A stretch of DNA of 64,000 nt from Cyanophora paradoxa CCMP329 (taxonomy: Eukaryota > Plantae > Glaucophyta): contig QPMI01000542.1 of assembly GCA_004431415.1 (NCBI GenBank), forward strand, positions 186,001 through 250,000, given 5' to 3'. Both the position numbers and the translations under genes were made by a program. The notes beneath the pieces are model-generated. The model did not search any database, was not told the DNA's origin, and saw only the letters and a program-made list of their open reading frames with translations. Positions 24,955 to 36,722 of the stretch are shown in pieces (positions within the stretch are counted from its first letter, which is position 1; each line of letters begins with the position of its first letter).

Positions 24955-25095
24955 GTTCACGCGGTGATCTTTGAAGCTGCTGCAGCGAACGAAGCGGAGG
25001 CAGCATCGAATTCATCGAGAGCGTTGTGTGTGAGGGCAATTCGGAGGCTGCCCGCAGAGAGATATATATTCCCACTGGGCCCTTCGAATTCATGT
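24955..25095 (-). pseudogene. F-box/LRR family exon fragment (a similar fragment lies at about 30928-31055)
   Basis: Encodes AGSLRIA..ASASFAAAASKITAL, matching the F-box paralogues. Confidence 0.7.
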
Positions 25096-25514
25096 TCGAG
25101 CTCTAGATCTGTTTCCCATATCGGCCCCCTTCCCGGCCCCAACCGGTACCTTGCTTCCGAAGTTTCGCTTCCCCACTGAGCCAGTCCCCGGTCCCGACTC
25201 CCGCGGGCTGCTTTCCAGTGCAAGTAAACTCTTCTCAGGCACCTTACAAGCTTACAAGCTTAAGTCGCATATGATCGAGGTTTATAATTAGAATTCGAGG
25301 GCTTACTTGGGGGGCCGCTGCGGGAGCTCGCCCCCCGCGCCGCCTCGAATTGAGAGCGATCGCGAGCCTCGGAGGCGCTCGCATCCGTGATCCCCGGCCC
25401 TCGAAAATTAGAACCGGGACAGGGGGGGCGCGTCGCTGGCTGCAGCTGCGCGTTCGCACGGGTACATGCACAGTCAGTGCGGCCAGAAGAGAGGGCGCGC
25501 CTAGGCAACCTAAA

Positions 25515-26197
25515 GCTAGGAGCGCCCGATGAACGAGGCGCCCCCTAATCGGCCGTCTAAAGTTAAAGACGGCCGGGAGGAAATAAGCTTAAAAGGGGAG
25601 TGCGCAGAACGTACCGCAGACGCACTGCGGGCACTTCTGCCACTCGTAGATGCCGTCTGCGCAAAGCCCCCTGACCGTTATGGCTCGGTTCCGGCAGGCG
25701 GCCTGGCCGTTGTTGGCGGACGGGCACCTGCGAAAAGGCTGTGAGTGCCGCAGTGCATGGAACCGGCGGGCGGATCGACCGCGAAAGCGCTAGCGCTAGC
25801 TGGCCATGGGCGCGCCACTCGCAGTTCGCGGCCTCCGTGGCTGTGCATGCGTAGCAGTTGAGGGTGTTCCCGCAGTTGACCGTGGCTGCGCGATCGCGAG
25901 CGGCGAGTCAGCGCGCGGGTCGAGAATACAATATAATTCTGCTCGTGCGCGCGCGCGGCCGGCCGGCGCCGGCGCGTGCGCACGAAGGAGATTCAGGCGC
26001 CGGCGGCCTGCGGGGGCGATCATTAATATTTCTCGGCGGGAGAGCGCTAGCGTTTTTCCGAGGCGCGCGCGCGCACCGGGGCTCGCCTGCTGGACGTCTC
26101 CCGCGAGCTCGCGATCGGCCTCCGGCTCCGCGGCGCGCGCGAGGCCCGCCAGGGCCGCGAGGGCGAGGACGGTGAAGAGGGCGGCGGCGGTGCGCAT
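25515..26197 (-). CDS. Small secreted Cys-rich PSI-domain protein (multi-exon; 3' end uncertain)
   Basis: Signal peptide MRTAAALFTVLALAALAGLARA; spliced model gives CGNTLNCYACTATEAANCEWCPSANNGQAAC...C...W..CP, the PSI cysteine and WC pattern. Confidence 0.6.
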
Positions 26198-26244
26198 TTT
26201 CGGCTGCGTGCGAAGATCGGACTGGTGAGCGAGCGCGAGCGGAA

Positions 26245-26525
26245 CGCCGGGAAACGAGAGGCAAGGGAGGGGCGAGGGGTAAGGGGAAAGGAGAGGGAAG
26301 AGGGAAAGAAAGGCAAGGGGAACCTTGGAGGGAAGAAGGGGAAATTAAAGGAGGAAGGAGATCGCGTCACGGCGTGGAAAGGCCTAGGGCCCGGGGGGAG
26401 GAGGGAAAGAAGAAGAAGAGGAAGGGGAGACGAGGAGGGGAAGAAAGCAAGGGAAGAAGGGGGAAAGGAGGGAAGGAGCAGGAAAGAGGCTTAAAAGGCT
26501 AGGGAAAGAAAGGACGGAAGGAGGA
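26245..26525. repeat. Polypurine tract, second interrupted copy at about 31184-31790
   Basis: Shared GCCGGGAAACGAGAGGCAAGGGAG...GGGGAAATTAAAGGAGGAAGGAGATCGCG. Confidence 0.8.
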
Positions 26526-26584
26526 GCTCGGGCTCAAGGCGCCTCCGCCCCGCCGCAGCACTGAAATTTTAACACTCCAAAGCT

Positions 26585-27128
26585 CATTCCCCTGCGTCAG
26601 AGCGGGCGCGCAGGAGGGCGCCGGGAGCGGTGGGAGAGGGGACTCCGGGAGGGCCTGCTGGGGGAGGGGGTCTCGTCGGCGGCCCCCAGGCCCGGGGGCA
26701 GCCCCTCCGCCCAGAAAGATGCGCCCCTCCCAGCTCACCTGCCCCCGCCCTGCAGCTGCCCGCTGAGCGAAGCAGTGGCACCGGGCGGCGGGCGGCGGGG
26801 CGGGGCGGGGCGGGGCGGACGCGGAGGGGCGTGGCGGGGCGGCCGGGGCGGCGGTCGGCGGCGAGGGTCGCGTGGTGGGCGACGAGGAACTCGAACGAGG
26901 CCGCCAGCAGCGCCCCCAGCCGCCCCGCCTCCCCGAACACCTGCCCCCGCCCCGCCCCCTCAGCTGTACACCCCGAAGGCGCTGGGGCGGGGCGGGGCGG
27001 GGGTACGGGTCGGCTGCGGGCTCGCCCCGGGGCGGGGGGTACGGGCACCGGTCCTCGGCGAGGCGGCGGACGAGGGCGACGAAGGCGGCGTCCGTGTCCG
27101 CCACCAGCTCCGCCATTCCTGCCTGCAG
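26585..27128 (-). pseudogene. 3' fragment of the GT41 glycosyltransferase gene
   Basis: AGMAELVADTDAAFVALVRRLAED, VFGEAGRLGALLAASFEFLVAHH and VSWEGR exons. Confidence 0.85.
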
Positions 27129-27219
27129 CTGGCTCGCCCGGGCCCCCGGTTGGGAAACGGTCGTCGAAAAATACCCGAGAGGCATCTATAGCTAACCGTA
27201 GTAACCGTCTAAGCTTTCT

Positions 27220-27470
27220 GCGCCCCTCCCCGGCCCCCGGTTCCCCCACCGACGCGGTACCCCCCGCCAGGTCGCTGCTGGTGGCCGTCTAGCCGCTCCT
27301 CCTCACTGAGTCATCTCCGCCTCCGTCGATTCCACGATCAAAGTACCCCTAGGCCTGCCCCGCGCCTCCTGTACCCCTCCATTCTCACGATCTCGCAGTC
27401 TTGGGACCTGAACGTGCCCTTCGACGTACTAGGCCTCTCTGGCCATGGACGGCTACGAGGGCCCCGGTAC
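27220..27470 (+). pseudogene. Degenerate WD40 fragment
   Basis: SLLVA..ISAS.DSTIK and WDL exons with stops. Confidence 0.75.
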
Positions 27471-27598
27471 CCCGTCTTGGTCTTTTGCGCCATCTCCGCT
27501 CCTAACCGCCGCCGCGCCAGAGCTGTGCAGAGTGTGCTGAGGGGTAGATAGAGGTGCAGGTGCAGGTCGATTCGGAAAGTTGCCAGAAAGTATCTTAG

Positions 27599-29944
27599 CT
27601 ATTCGTACGAGATTTGCACGTAGAGTAGAGCTCCTTGGAGTGCGCTGCGTGTGTCGGCATCTGCAGCCGCGGCGGCCTCGCGCCCGAGCACGAGGCGGTG
27701 CAGGTGTTTGAGGGAACCAACGGCGACGAGCCCGCCCGCGGACTCGACAGGGAGCGGCGACTTGACGGTGAGCTCCCGGAGGGAGGGCACGTCGGATGCG
27801 AGCCGCTGCGGCAGCAGAAGAGCTCAAAAAGAGAAGCACAGCATTTGCCCGCGGCACGAAGGTTAACAAGCGTCGAGAACTCGAATATTAATTCAATTGC
27901 TGACCTTCAGAAAAGAGCCCGGAATTACGTCCTCGAAATCCGTGTACCCCAGGGTAAGGGAAGTGAGGCTCGTCCACTGCTTCAAGGAGAGCCGAGCCAA
28001 GGCCGAGTAGGTCGTCGAGGGCACCATAAGAGACAGGTGCTACATTTGGAGTCAAGGGAGCCGGAAGCACATTGTTCACGTCAGGTAATGCTTACTCTCA
28101 ATGCAGTCAGCTTCGAGGCCGCTGCAGCAAACGATGTTGAAGCCGCTTCATCGTCGCACGAGGGCCTGAGGATTGCACGTCGCAGGCTGCCGGCGAGGGG
28201 CAAGAGCGCCGAGATGTCCGCTGCGCCGTCCATTTGAAGAAAGACGTACTCCAGCTGCCGCATGCCGCTGAGGAAGCCAGTATGCATGTGATCCATATCG
28301 GCAGAGTATGCTGATCGAAAATCCTGTTGTGAGGCGAGCTCGAGAGCCAATTTGATATAAACTCACGAGTCTCTCACCGCGCAGAGAGGCGAGGCAGGAG
28401 AGCGGTTGCAGGTCCGCTTCGGAAGCGATTTGCCACAATTTTGAGCCCTCTCCATTGCAGAATGCTGAAGAATATAGTCGAAAGAGGAAAAGAATTCGAA
28501 GCGCTGCTGATTGCTAAATCAAAGCGCACATAGAGCCAGCTGATCCAACTGCTGGAAAGCGGCAATTGACGAGAAGACGGGAAGCAGGTCGTCTTCGAAC
28601 ATGACACCACATCGCAGCCGCTTGAGAGTGGTGGCCAGCGGTGCGAGGGTTTGCAGAGTTTCGAGGGTCAACGGGAAGCTGAGCGCAGCGCGGAATTTGA
28701 CAGCGTGAGCAGTGAGCGAAATTTAGAACAAAACAATGCAGCGTTGCCCACTGGTTCAGCTCCAACGCCTGCAATGGAAGCGAAGCCAACGCCTGCAGGG
28801 CGCCCTGGACGATCGGCCCGGACACCATTGTGATATTTGCCTCCAGCCAGTTCTCCGATACTCCCAAAATGTGCAACTGAAAGTGCGAATTCGGATGATC
28901 ATGAGATCAGATTCAGGAATCGAGGGAAAGAAAATTTAGATCGAAAAAACGCCGGAAAACGATATGATACCTGCTCGAGTGCAGAAAAGTTCTGGATTGC
29001 ATGCAGCACAGCTGGGGCAATGGTGCCGTCGAATGAAATGCCCAGCCGCAGCTGCGTGAGCTGCTTGCCGAATGACTTGCACAACTTGATGAAAGAATCG
29101 TTGCCGAGGTCAGCGTTCGCCAGAACAAGAGAGCGCAAAGCTTCTTGGCGCTTTTTAGGCTGGTCGAGAAGCGCATCAATGAATCTGTCGCTGGCTGGCT
29201 GGATGCAGATGCGCTCCCAGAGGCTGGGCTGCTGCGCGAGGCTCCGGAAGCGGCGGGAGACGTGGCTGAGCCGCACGAGCTCGTCGAGATTCTGATCGGT
29301 GCAATGACGGGAGCCGGAGTACTCATGGATCGACCCGGTCTCGAAGTAGCTCCGCTCCGACGCCTCGCCGATGATGCGCGTGACGAGCTCGTCAGGCATC
29401 GCATCGAACGGGCTGCCGCCGGCCGCCATCACCGCCGCCACACGCGAAAGCGCCGCCGCGGAGCTCGAGGCTGCGGACAAAATCGCAGTTTCTGGCTTCA
29501 AACTCAGGATTGCAATTTAAACCGGCGCTGGCAGTGAACTCTGAAAATTAATTTCTCGAAGCGCTACAGATAGCTTTATAGACCTCGCGGACAGAGGCGG
29601 CGTGACAGCAGAAGCAGCAGCAGTTATATTAATTTATACAATTACGTTGCTCATTTTCGATTTGCGGCTCGAGTATTAATTGTCGTGACATTTGCAATTA
29701 GTGGGCGCAAGAATAACTTCATAGATTTGAACGCGCGCGCGCGCGGCAGATCTCGACGCGTATTGATGCGCACCTGCGGCGGCGGCCGTGCACGTGGAGC
29801 CATCTCCGGATCCTGGCCTTCCGAGTGAGCGAAGGGCGTCGATCGCGACCGCGCAGAGCCGCGGCGGCATGGTTCGAAAGTTCGCGGACCTGCCGCCGGC
29901 GCGTCTCCCGCTCTCGCCCGCTTCGACGCCCGCTCGCGTGCCAT
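27599..29944 (-). CDS. F-box/LRR (RNI-like) protein, copy A
   Basis: Exon 1 MARERASKRARAG; F-box PFDAMPDELVTRII...LVRLSHVSRRFRSLAQQPSLW; LRR exons; ends VQISYE*. Confidence 0.85.
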
Positions 29945-30499
29945 TTTTCTTCAGAGCACTGCAGATGTAGAGACGCAACGCGTACGAGACTCTGGGATTC
30001 TCGTCAGCGCGCGTGATCCACGACGATCGCGAGCAAGGTATCCATACGTATACGACGCACCTTGACTAACCAGACGCCCTGCTCGCTCACGCGATCGTGG
30101 AAGACTTGAGCTTGCAAATGTACGTGCCGCTGGCGCCGCGCGCTTAATTGAGCTCGTGTACGTATTTAATTAATTTCCTGTAGTGCCAAATTAAGGTACC
30201 GGTGTAATTCCTGGATCCCCTCTAGCTGATCACATGATCGAATCATTTTTGGGTTTTTTCCCTCTGAAATAATTTCTGGTGATCATGATCATATATCCCC
30301 TCTTACAGTCTCCTCTTAATCCCCTCCCTTGCATTTCCTCCCCTTAACGCGCCCCAAGCTCAAGGCGTCCCCGCTCCGCGCCAGCACTGAGCGTCGGAGC
30401 GGGCGCGCCGGCGCGACCACGCATGCCATGATGAGCTCGAGGGGGCCAGGGGCGATGGGGGACGGTGCCGCAGTGCATGCGAGGGCGTGCTGGGGGAGA

Positions 30500-30927
30500 G
30501 GGGTCTCGTCGGGATGGGCCGGGGGGGCGTGCGGGGGAAGGGGGGTCTCCGAGGCTCGTCCGGGGCCCCCAGGCCCGGGGGCAGCCCCTCCGCCCAGAAC
30601 GAGACGCGCCCCTCCCAGCTCACCTGCCCCCGCCCTGCAGCTGCCCGCTGAGCGAAGCAGTCACTGAGTGGCACCGGGCGCCGGGCGGCGGGGCGGGGCG
30701 GGCGGGGCGGGGCGCGCGGGCGGCCGGTCGGCCGCCGGGCGGGGCGGGGCGGGGCGGGGGGCCGGGGCGGCGGTCGGCGGTGAGGGTCGCGTGGTGGGCG
30801 ACGAGGAACTCGAACGAGGCCGCCAGCAGCGCCCCCAGCCGCCCCGCCTCCCCGTACACCTGCCCCCGCCCCGCCCCTAAGCTGTACCCCCGAGGGGAGG
30901 GGGGAGAGGGCCCGGCCTGCTTCTGGA
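30500..30927 (-). pseudogene. 3' fragment of the GT41 gene joined to an F-box exon fragment
   Basis: YGEAGRLGALLAASFEFLVAHH and VSWEGRVSFWAEG; switches to F-box sequence at about 30928. Confidence 0.8.
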
Positions 30928-31304
30928 CGCGGTTATCTTTGAAGCTGTAGCAGCGAACGAAGCGGAAGCAGCTTCATCGAGAGCGTCGTGTGTCACAGTG
31001 TGAGGGCACTTCGGAGGCTGCCCGCAAGGCTCCACTAGGCCCTTCATGTTCAGGCAGATCTAGATGTACAGCAGCCGCTGGGAAGGGCAAGGCCTAAGGC
31101 AGCGCGGGATCGGGGAACCCCTGCGTCGGAACGGCCGACGTCGGCCCGGAGGCGATGGCCATGGGGGAGGGGAGGGTTCGAAGGCCGGGAAACGAGAGGC
31201 AAGGGAGAGGGCCGAGGGGTAAGGGGAAAGGAGAGAGAGGAGGGAAAGAACGGTAAGGGGAACCCCGGAGCAGGCCTAGCTATAGGAGAGGAAAGGATCC
31301 GGAG

Positions 31305-31612
31305 TAGTAGGATTTGCATTAGCTCACAACAACAACTACTAGGAGTTTCACATCGCTCAGCTTATCTCTCCGACTAAATAACACTGGGGACCGTCGAGTG
31401 CTGTGCTCTGTCTACGATTGGTTGCGAGGTTGTGCTACTTATACTGAATACCTAACGACTTACACAAACGGCCTAGTTATACTATCATCTATAACTAGGG
31501 CTAGCTTTGGCAATGAAGGGCGAGAAGGTGAGGTAGAAGGGCTGAGTTGAGAGGGAGAAAGGGGAAGCTTGATGCGCACGCCGTCGGCCCCCATTGGAGC
31601 CGTCGGCTCGAC
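31305..31612 (-). mobile_element. 308-bp segment flanked by 19-bp direct repeats (possible SINE or 5'-truncated retro-insertion)
   Basis: GAGAGGAAAGGATCCGGAG at 31286-31304 and 31613-31631; interrupts the polypurine tract that is continuous at 26245-26525; carries the 106-nt motif. Confidence 0.55.
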
Positions 31613-31849
31613 GAGAGGAAAGGATCCGGAGGGAAAAGGGGGAAATTAAAGGAGGAAGGAGATCGCGGGGAAAGGCCTAGGGGGGAGGAGGGGAAGAAGA
31701 AGAGGAAGGGGAGACGAGGAGGGGCCCGGGGAAGAAAGGAGAGGGAGGAAGGAAAGAAATGTAAGGGGGAATGTAATAAAGAAATGGAGGACGATCGACA
31801 GATCGACAGAGTCTGTCGGTAAAATTCGTCAGAATCCGTCGATCGATTT

Positions 31850-32340
31850 GGGCAGGGCGGGGCGGGCCTGGGCGAGGAGCTGGAGGTAAACGTCGTGGCC
31901 GGCCGCGGCGTTCGGGATGAGCTCAAAGCTCCCCAGGGCCCCCAGCGCCTCCGCCATCTGCCCGCGAGTCGCGATCAGGCCCGGAGGGGGAAAGCTCAAG
32001 GGCGGGGGGCCAGGGGCGGGGGCGCCTGCTTGATGAAGAGGAAGGAGCCGTGCGGGGCCATGCGCCCCGCGAAGAAGCGGACGAGCACCGGCCGCCTCGC
32101 GCGCTCCAGCACCGCCCGCAGCTTCCTCAGCAGGGGGTACACCACCTGCGCTGGAGGTGAGGAGCCGGCGAGGGCGGCGGGGGTACGAGAGGGGCGCCCG
32201 CCTTGTGGGCGTTCCAGGCGGCCTGGAGGGGGCGGGGAGGGGGGTACCGAGGCCGGGGAGCAGGAGCAGGCGCTCGCCGTAGTGGGCGGCCGCCCCCGGC
32301 GGCTCGACGTCCGTCCCCGAGACGAAGTAGTCGATCTGGG
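31850..32340 (-). pseudogene. Internal GT41 fragment with deletion
   Basis: IDYFVSGTDVEPP, VVYPLLRKLR and MAEALGALGSFELIP exons. Confidence 0.85.
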
Positions 32341-32606
32341 GCCAGGTGCGTGCACGAGAAATATCCTGATCGATGATGAAAGGTGCGGGAATGGGATCGA
32401 TAGCAGCTCATGCTTTAGTCTTAGGACCCCGAACACGAATATCAATCAGAGGCCATAGCCAGCTCGAAGTTTTCCGAAACAACACCAGCAAATTGGCAGC
32501 AATACAAGATGATGGGCAAGAAAGGTACAGGCACGAATAGGAGGCTGGGAAGACGCAGGATTGAACGCAGCGTCAACGTCAACGTTACAGGGACAGCTGC
32601 AGGTTG

Positions 32607-34642
32607 CTACTCGTAGGAGATCTGCACGTGGAGAAGGGCGCCTCGTAGTGCTTCGCGCTTGAAGTCGTCCAGAGCAGCGGCGGCCGCGCCCTTGATCACG
32701 AGGCGGCGCAGGCGCTTGAGGGAGGAGACGGCGACGAATCCGCCCGCAGAGCCGAGGGGGAGCGGCGACTTGAAGGTGAGCTTCTGGAGGGAGGGGACGT
32801 CCGAGGCAAGGCGCTGCGACAGAGCATGCACATAAGCCCGCGGGACGAAGCTAAACACACGTCACGCGGGAACGAAATAATTTATGCTGAGACCTTCAGG
32901 AATGCGCCTGAAATTTCCGTGTGTCCAATGCAAGTAAGGGAAAGGGACGTGAGATTTATCCACTGCTTCACGGACTGCTGAGCGAAGGTCGAGAAGGCCC
33001 TCGATGGCAAAATCAATTCCAGGCCCTGCACTCTACGGTCAACGCGGCTGGATGCGACACCTCATTATAGAATTATTTCGATTAAAATAGATTGAGGTAG
33101 GGCTCACGTTCAACGCGGTGATCCTTGAAGCAGCAGCAGCGAACGAAGCGGCAGCAGCTTCACCGAGATCTTCTTGATTGATGATAGCTTGTCGGAGGCT
33201 GCCGGCGAGGGGCAGGAGCGCCGAGATGTCCGCTGGACCCCTCATGTTCAGGCAAACGAACTCCAGCTGCCTCATGCCGCTGAGGAAGCCGGTGTACGAG
33301 TGATGAACAGAGACGTCGTATGCTAATCGAGGATGCTGTACACGTCAGCATATACAGTTTACATCAGCATAAGCCTCGCAACTGCCTCTCACCGCGCAGA
33401 GAAGGAAGGCCGGAGAGCGGCTGCAGATCCGCTTCGGAAGCGCTTGGCCAGAACCAGGAACCCTCCTCGTCAAAGAACGCTGCGAAACGTGCTTTATCAG
33501 AAGCTAAAGATTGCCGGCTACGAAATAAACCGATTGAATAGCGTATACGTACTCATTCGCAGATGCTCCAGCTTCTGGAAAGCAGCGACCGACGAGAAGA
33601 CGGGAAGCAGCGCACCGTTGACAATGAAGCCACAGGCCAATCGCTTTAGCGTGGGGGCCAGCGGTGCAAGAGCTTGCAGTGTCTCGAAGGATATCGGAAA
33701 ACTTTGCGGAAAAAGGTATTAACAAATGAAGGTTGTTGCGAGGCTGGGGCTCGAGAAGGGTGGCTCACTTGACTAATGCCAACGCCTGCAATGGAAGCGA
33801 AGCCAACGCCTGCAGGGCGCCCTGGACGATCGGACCAGCCACCACACTGATATTCTCCTTCGGCCAGACCTTCGATACTTCCCTAATGAACAACTGAAAG
33901 TGCGACCGAGATCAGCGGATGTTGGGATTCGAGAGAAAGGCAATCGCTACCTGCTCGAGGCGCGAAAAGTGCTGAACTGCAGGCAGAACAGCCGGAGAAA
34001 GAGGACCTTCGAATAACATGCCCAGCTGTGTGAGCTGCCCGCCAAAACATTTGCTCAACTTGATGAAAGAGTCACCGCTGGGATCGCCGTTCGCCAGAAC
34101 AAGAGAGCGCAAAGCTTCCCGGCGTTTTCTCGGCTGGTCAAGAAGCGCATCGATGAATCTGTCGCTGGATAATTGGGATTGTATGCGCTGCCAGAGGCCG
34201 GGCTGCTGGGCGAGGCTGCGGAAGCGGCGGGAGATGTGGCTCAGCCGCACGAGCTCGTCGAGGATCTGGTCGGAGCAACGATGGGAGCCAGAACACTCCT
34301 TGATCAACCCGATTTCGAAGTAGCTCCACTCCGACGCCTCCCCGATGATGCGCGAGACGAGCTCGTCGGGCAGCGCGTCGAATGGGCTGCCGCCGGCCGC
34401 CATCGCCCCCTCCGGCGAGAGCATCACAGTGGGGGCTGCGGACAAGCTTAAGGTGCATCGATATATCTCGAATTCGAATCGCGCAGAATCCGCGAAGAAT
34501 TCAGTTGTAAGAATTCAGGGTTTAAATTGCATTATTGCACGCAGCTGCAGTTCTAAGGTTCGAAATCGATTCGCAGACCTGCCGGCAGCGCGTCTTCCGC
34601 CCTCAGCCGCTTCGCCGCCCCCTCGCCGCGGCGCGCTCCAAT
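32607..34642 (-). CDS. F-box/LRR protein, copy B (exon-1 ATG altered; may start downstream or be a pseudogene)
   Basis: Same exon chain as copy A; near-identical to copy C. Confidence 0.75.
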
Positions 34643-35064
34643 GATCGATATCGTGCAAAGGCCCTGGGATTCGTGTCAGGATCTTCGTCCACAAATGTAC
34701 GTATACGCATACAACGCACGTTGACCAAGCAGACACCCTGCTCGCTCTCGTGCCGCAGCGCTCGCGCGCGATCGCTCGGGGCAGCGCGCTTAAGCTTGCA
34801 ATTCTTGTACCACGGCGGCCGCGGCAGGTAAATGTTTCCCCCCTACCAATTAACTTAGGCGCAACTTTTTTCAACAGTATATATACGTCTCCTCTACACT
34901 TAATAAAAGTTTCCTTAATTGTCTCCGACACCGTCGAAAACTAACTAGCTATATATAGCATAGTAAGGCTCGAGATCGAGGCGTCCACGACACCCGCATG
35001 CACGTGCCGCAGTGCAGGCAGGCAGTCAACACTCAACGAAGCTCATATAGCGGTCACGCGCGCA

Positions 35065-36640
35065 GGAGGGCCCCGGCGGGGCGGGGCGGGGCGGGGCGGG
35101 GCGGGGCGGGGCGGACGCGGAGGGGGTGGCGGGCGGGCGGGGCGGCGGTCGGCGGCGAGGGTCGCGTGGTGGGCGACGAGGAACTCGAACGAGGCCACCA
35201 GCAGCGCCCCCAGCCGCCCCGCCCCCCCGAACACCTGCCCCCGGCCCCGCCCCTCAGCTGTACCCCCCGAGGGGAGGGGGAGAGGGCCCGGCCTGCTTCT
35301 GGACGTCGACGGCGCGGGCGGCGCGCAGGGCCGACTCGTAGAAGGCGCTGGGGCGGGGCGGGGGTACGGGTCGGCCGCGGGCTCGCCCCGGGGCGGGGGG
35401 TACGGGCACCGGTCCTCGGCGAGGCGGCGGACGAGGGCGACGAGGGCGGCGTCCGTGCCCGCCACCAGCTCCCCACCCCGCCTGGCCCGCCCCGGCCCCC
35501 CGCCGGCAGGGGCCGAGCCGTTGGGCGGCTGAGGGCAGCGCGAGCAGACCCTGCGGAGCTGCCCGGCGGCCCAGCGGCCTGCGCGCGCGCATCGGAGACG
35601 AAGGAGTGAGCGGGGCGGGGCGGGGCGGGGCGGGGCAAGTAGGTGGGCTGGGCTGGGTGGCGGGCGGGTGGGCGGGGTGGGCGCCGCGGGGCGGGGCGGG
35701 GTGGGCGATCCAGAGTGAAGCGGGTGGGGGTGGGCGGGTGGGGCGGGACGGGGCGGGGCGGGCGGGCGGGGCGGGGCGGGGCGGGGCGGGCGGGCGGGGC
35801 GGGCCTGGGCGAGGAGCTGGAGGTAGACGTCGTGGCCGGCGTTCGGAATGAGCTCGAAGCTCCCCAGGCCCCCCAGCGCCTCCGCCATCTGCCGGCGTGT
35901 CGCGATCAGGCCCGGAGGGGAAACGCGATCAGGCCCGGAGGGGGAAAGCTCAAGGGCGGGGGGCCAGGGGCGGGGGCGCCTGCTTGATGAAGAGGAAGGA
36001 GCCGTGCGGGGCCATGCGCCCCGCGAAGAAGCGGACGAGCACCGGCCGCCTCGCGCGCTCCAGCACCCCCCGCAGCTTCCCCAGCAGGGGGTACACCACC
36101 TGCGCTGGAGATGAGGAGCCGGCGAGGGCGGCGGGGGTGCGAGAGGGGCGCCCGCCTTGTGGGCGTTCCAGGCGCAGCTGAAGACGAAGGGCGGGAGGGC
36201 GCCGCCGGGCCCCGGGGCGAACGGGTCGCTCGCGTTCGCGGGGGGGTACCCCGACGAGGCCGCCTTGTAGTACGCCGTCCCTGCGCGCCGCGGCCGCGCG
36301 GTTGGCGGGGCGGTCTGGACGGGGCGGGGGGGGGGGGGGTTACCGAGGCCGGGGAGGAGGAGCAGGTGCTCGCCGTAGTGGGCGGCCGCCCCCGGCGGCT
36401 CGACGTCCGTCCCCGAGACGAAGTAGTCGATCTGGGGGGGGGGGGGGTAGGGGGGTACGGAGACGGAGAACTCGAGCGGGGCGGACCTCGGTACCCCACG
36501 CGGAGGCGGGCTGCCCGAACGAGGCGACCATGATCGGGGCAAGGCGCGTGCACGCCAGCACCGTCGACCCTGGGGCCGCGCGGGTCGGTGGGGGTACGCG
36601 AGCGGAGCGGGGGGGGGGGGTAATCGGCCGCACCGTCCAT
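35065..36640 (-). pseudogene. GT41 3'-half fragment with internal deletions
   Basis: Runs from MD|GSTVLACTRLAP to FEFLVAHH; lacks the FLDSLPWNG and SMGIPFVT exons. Confidence 0.85.
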
Positions 36641-36722
36641 GGGCTCAGCCGTCGTTAGCCAGGCTTCGTCCAGCCAGCTGCCAATAGCCAGCTGCCAGGC
36701 GCGTGCACGCCAGCACCGTCGA

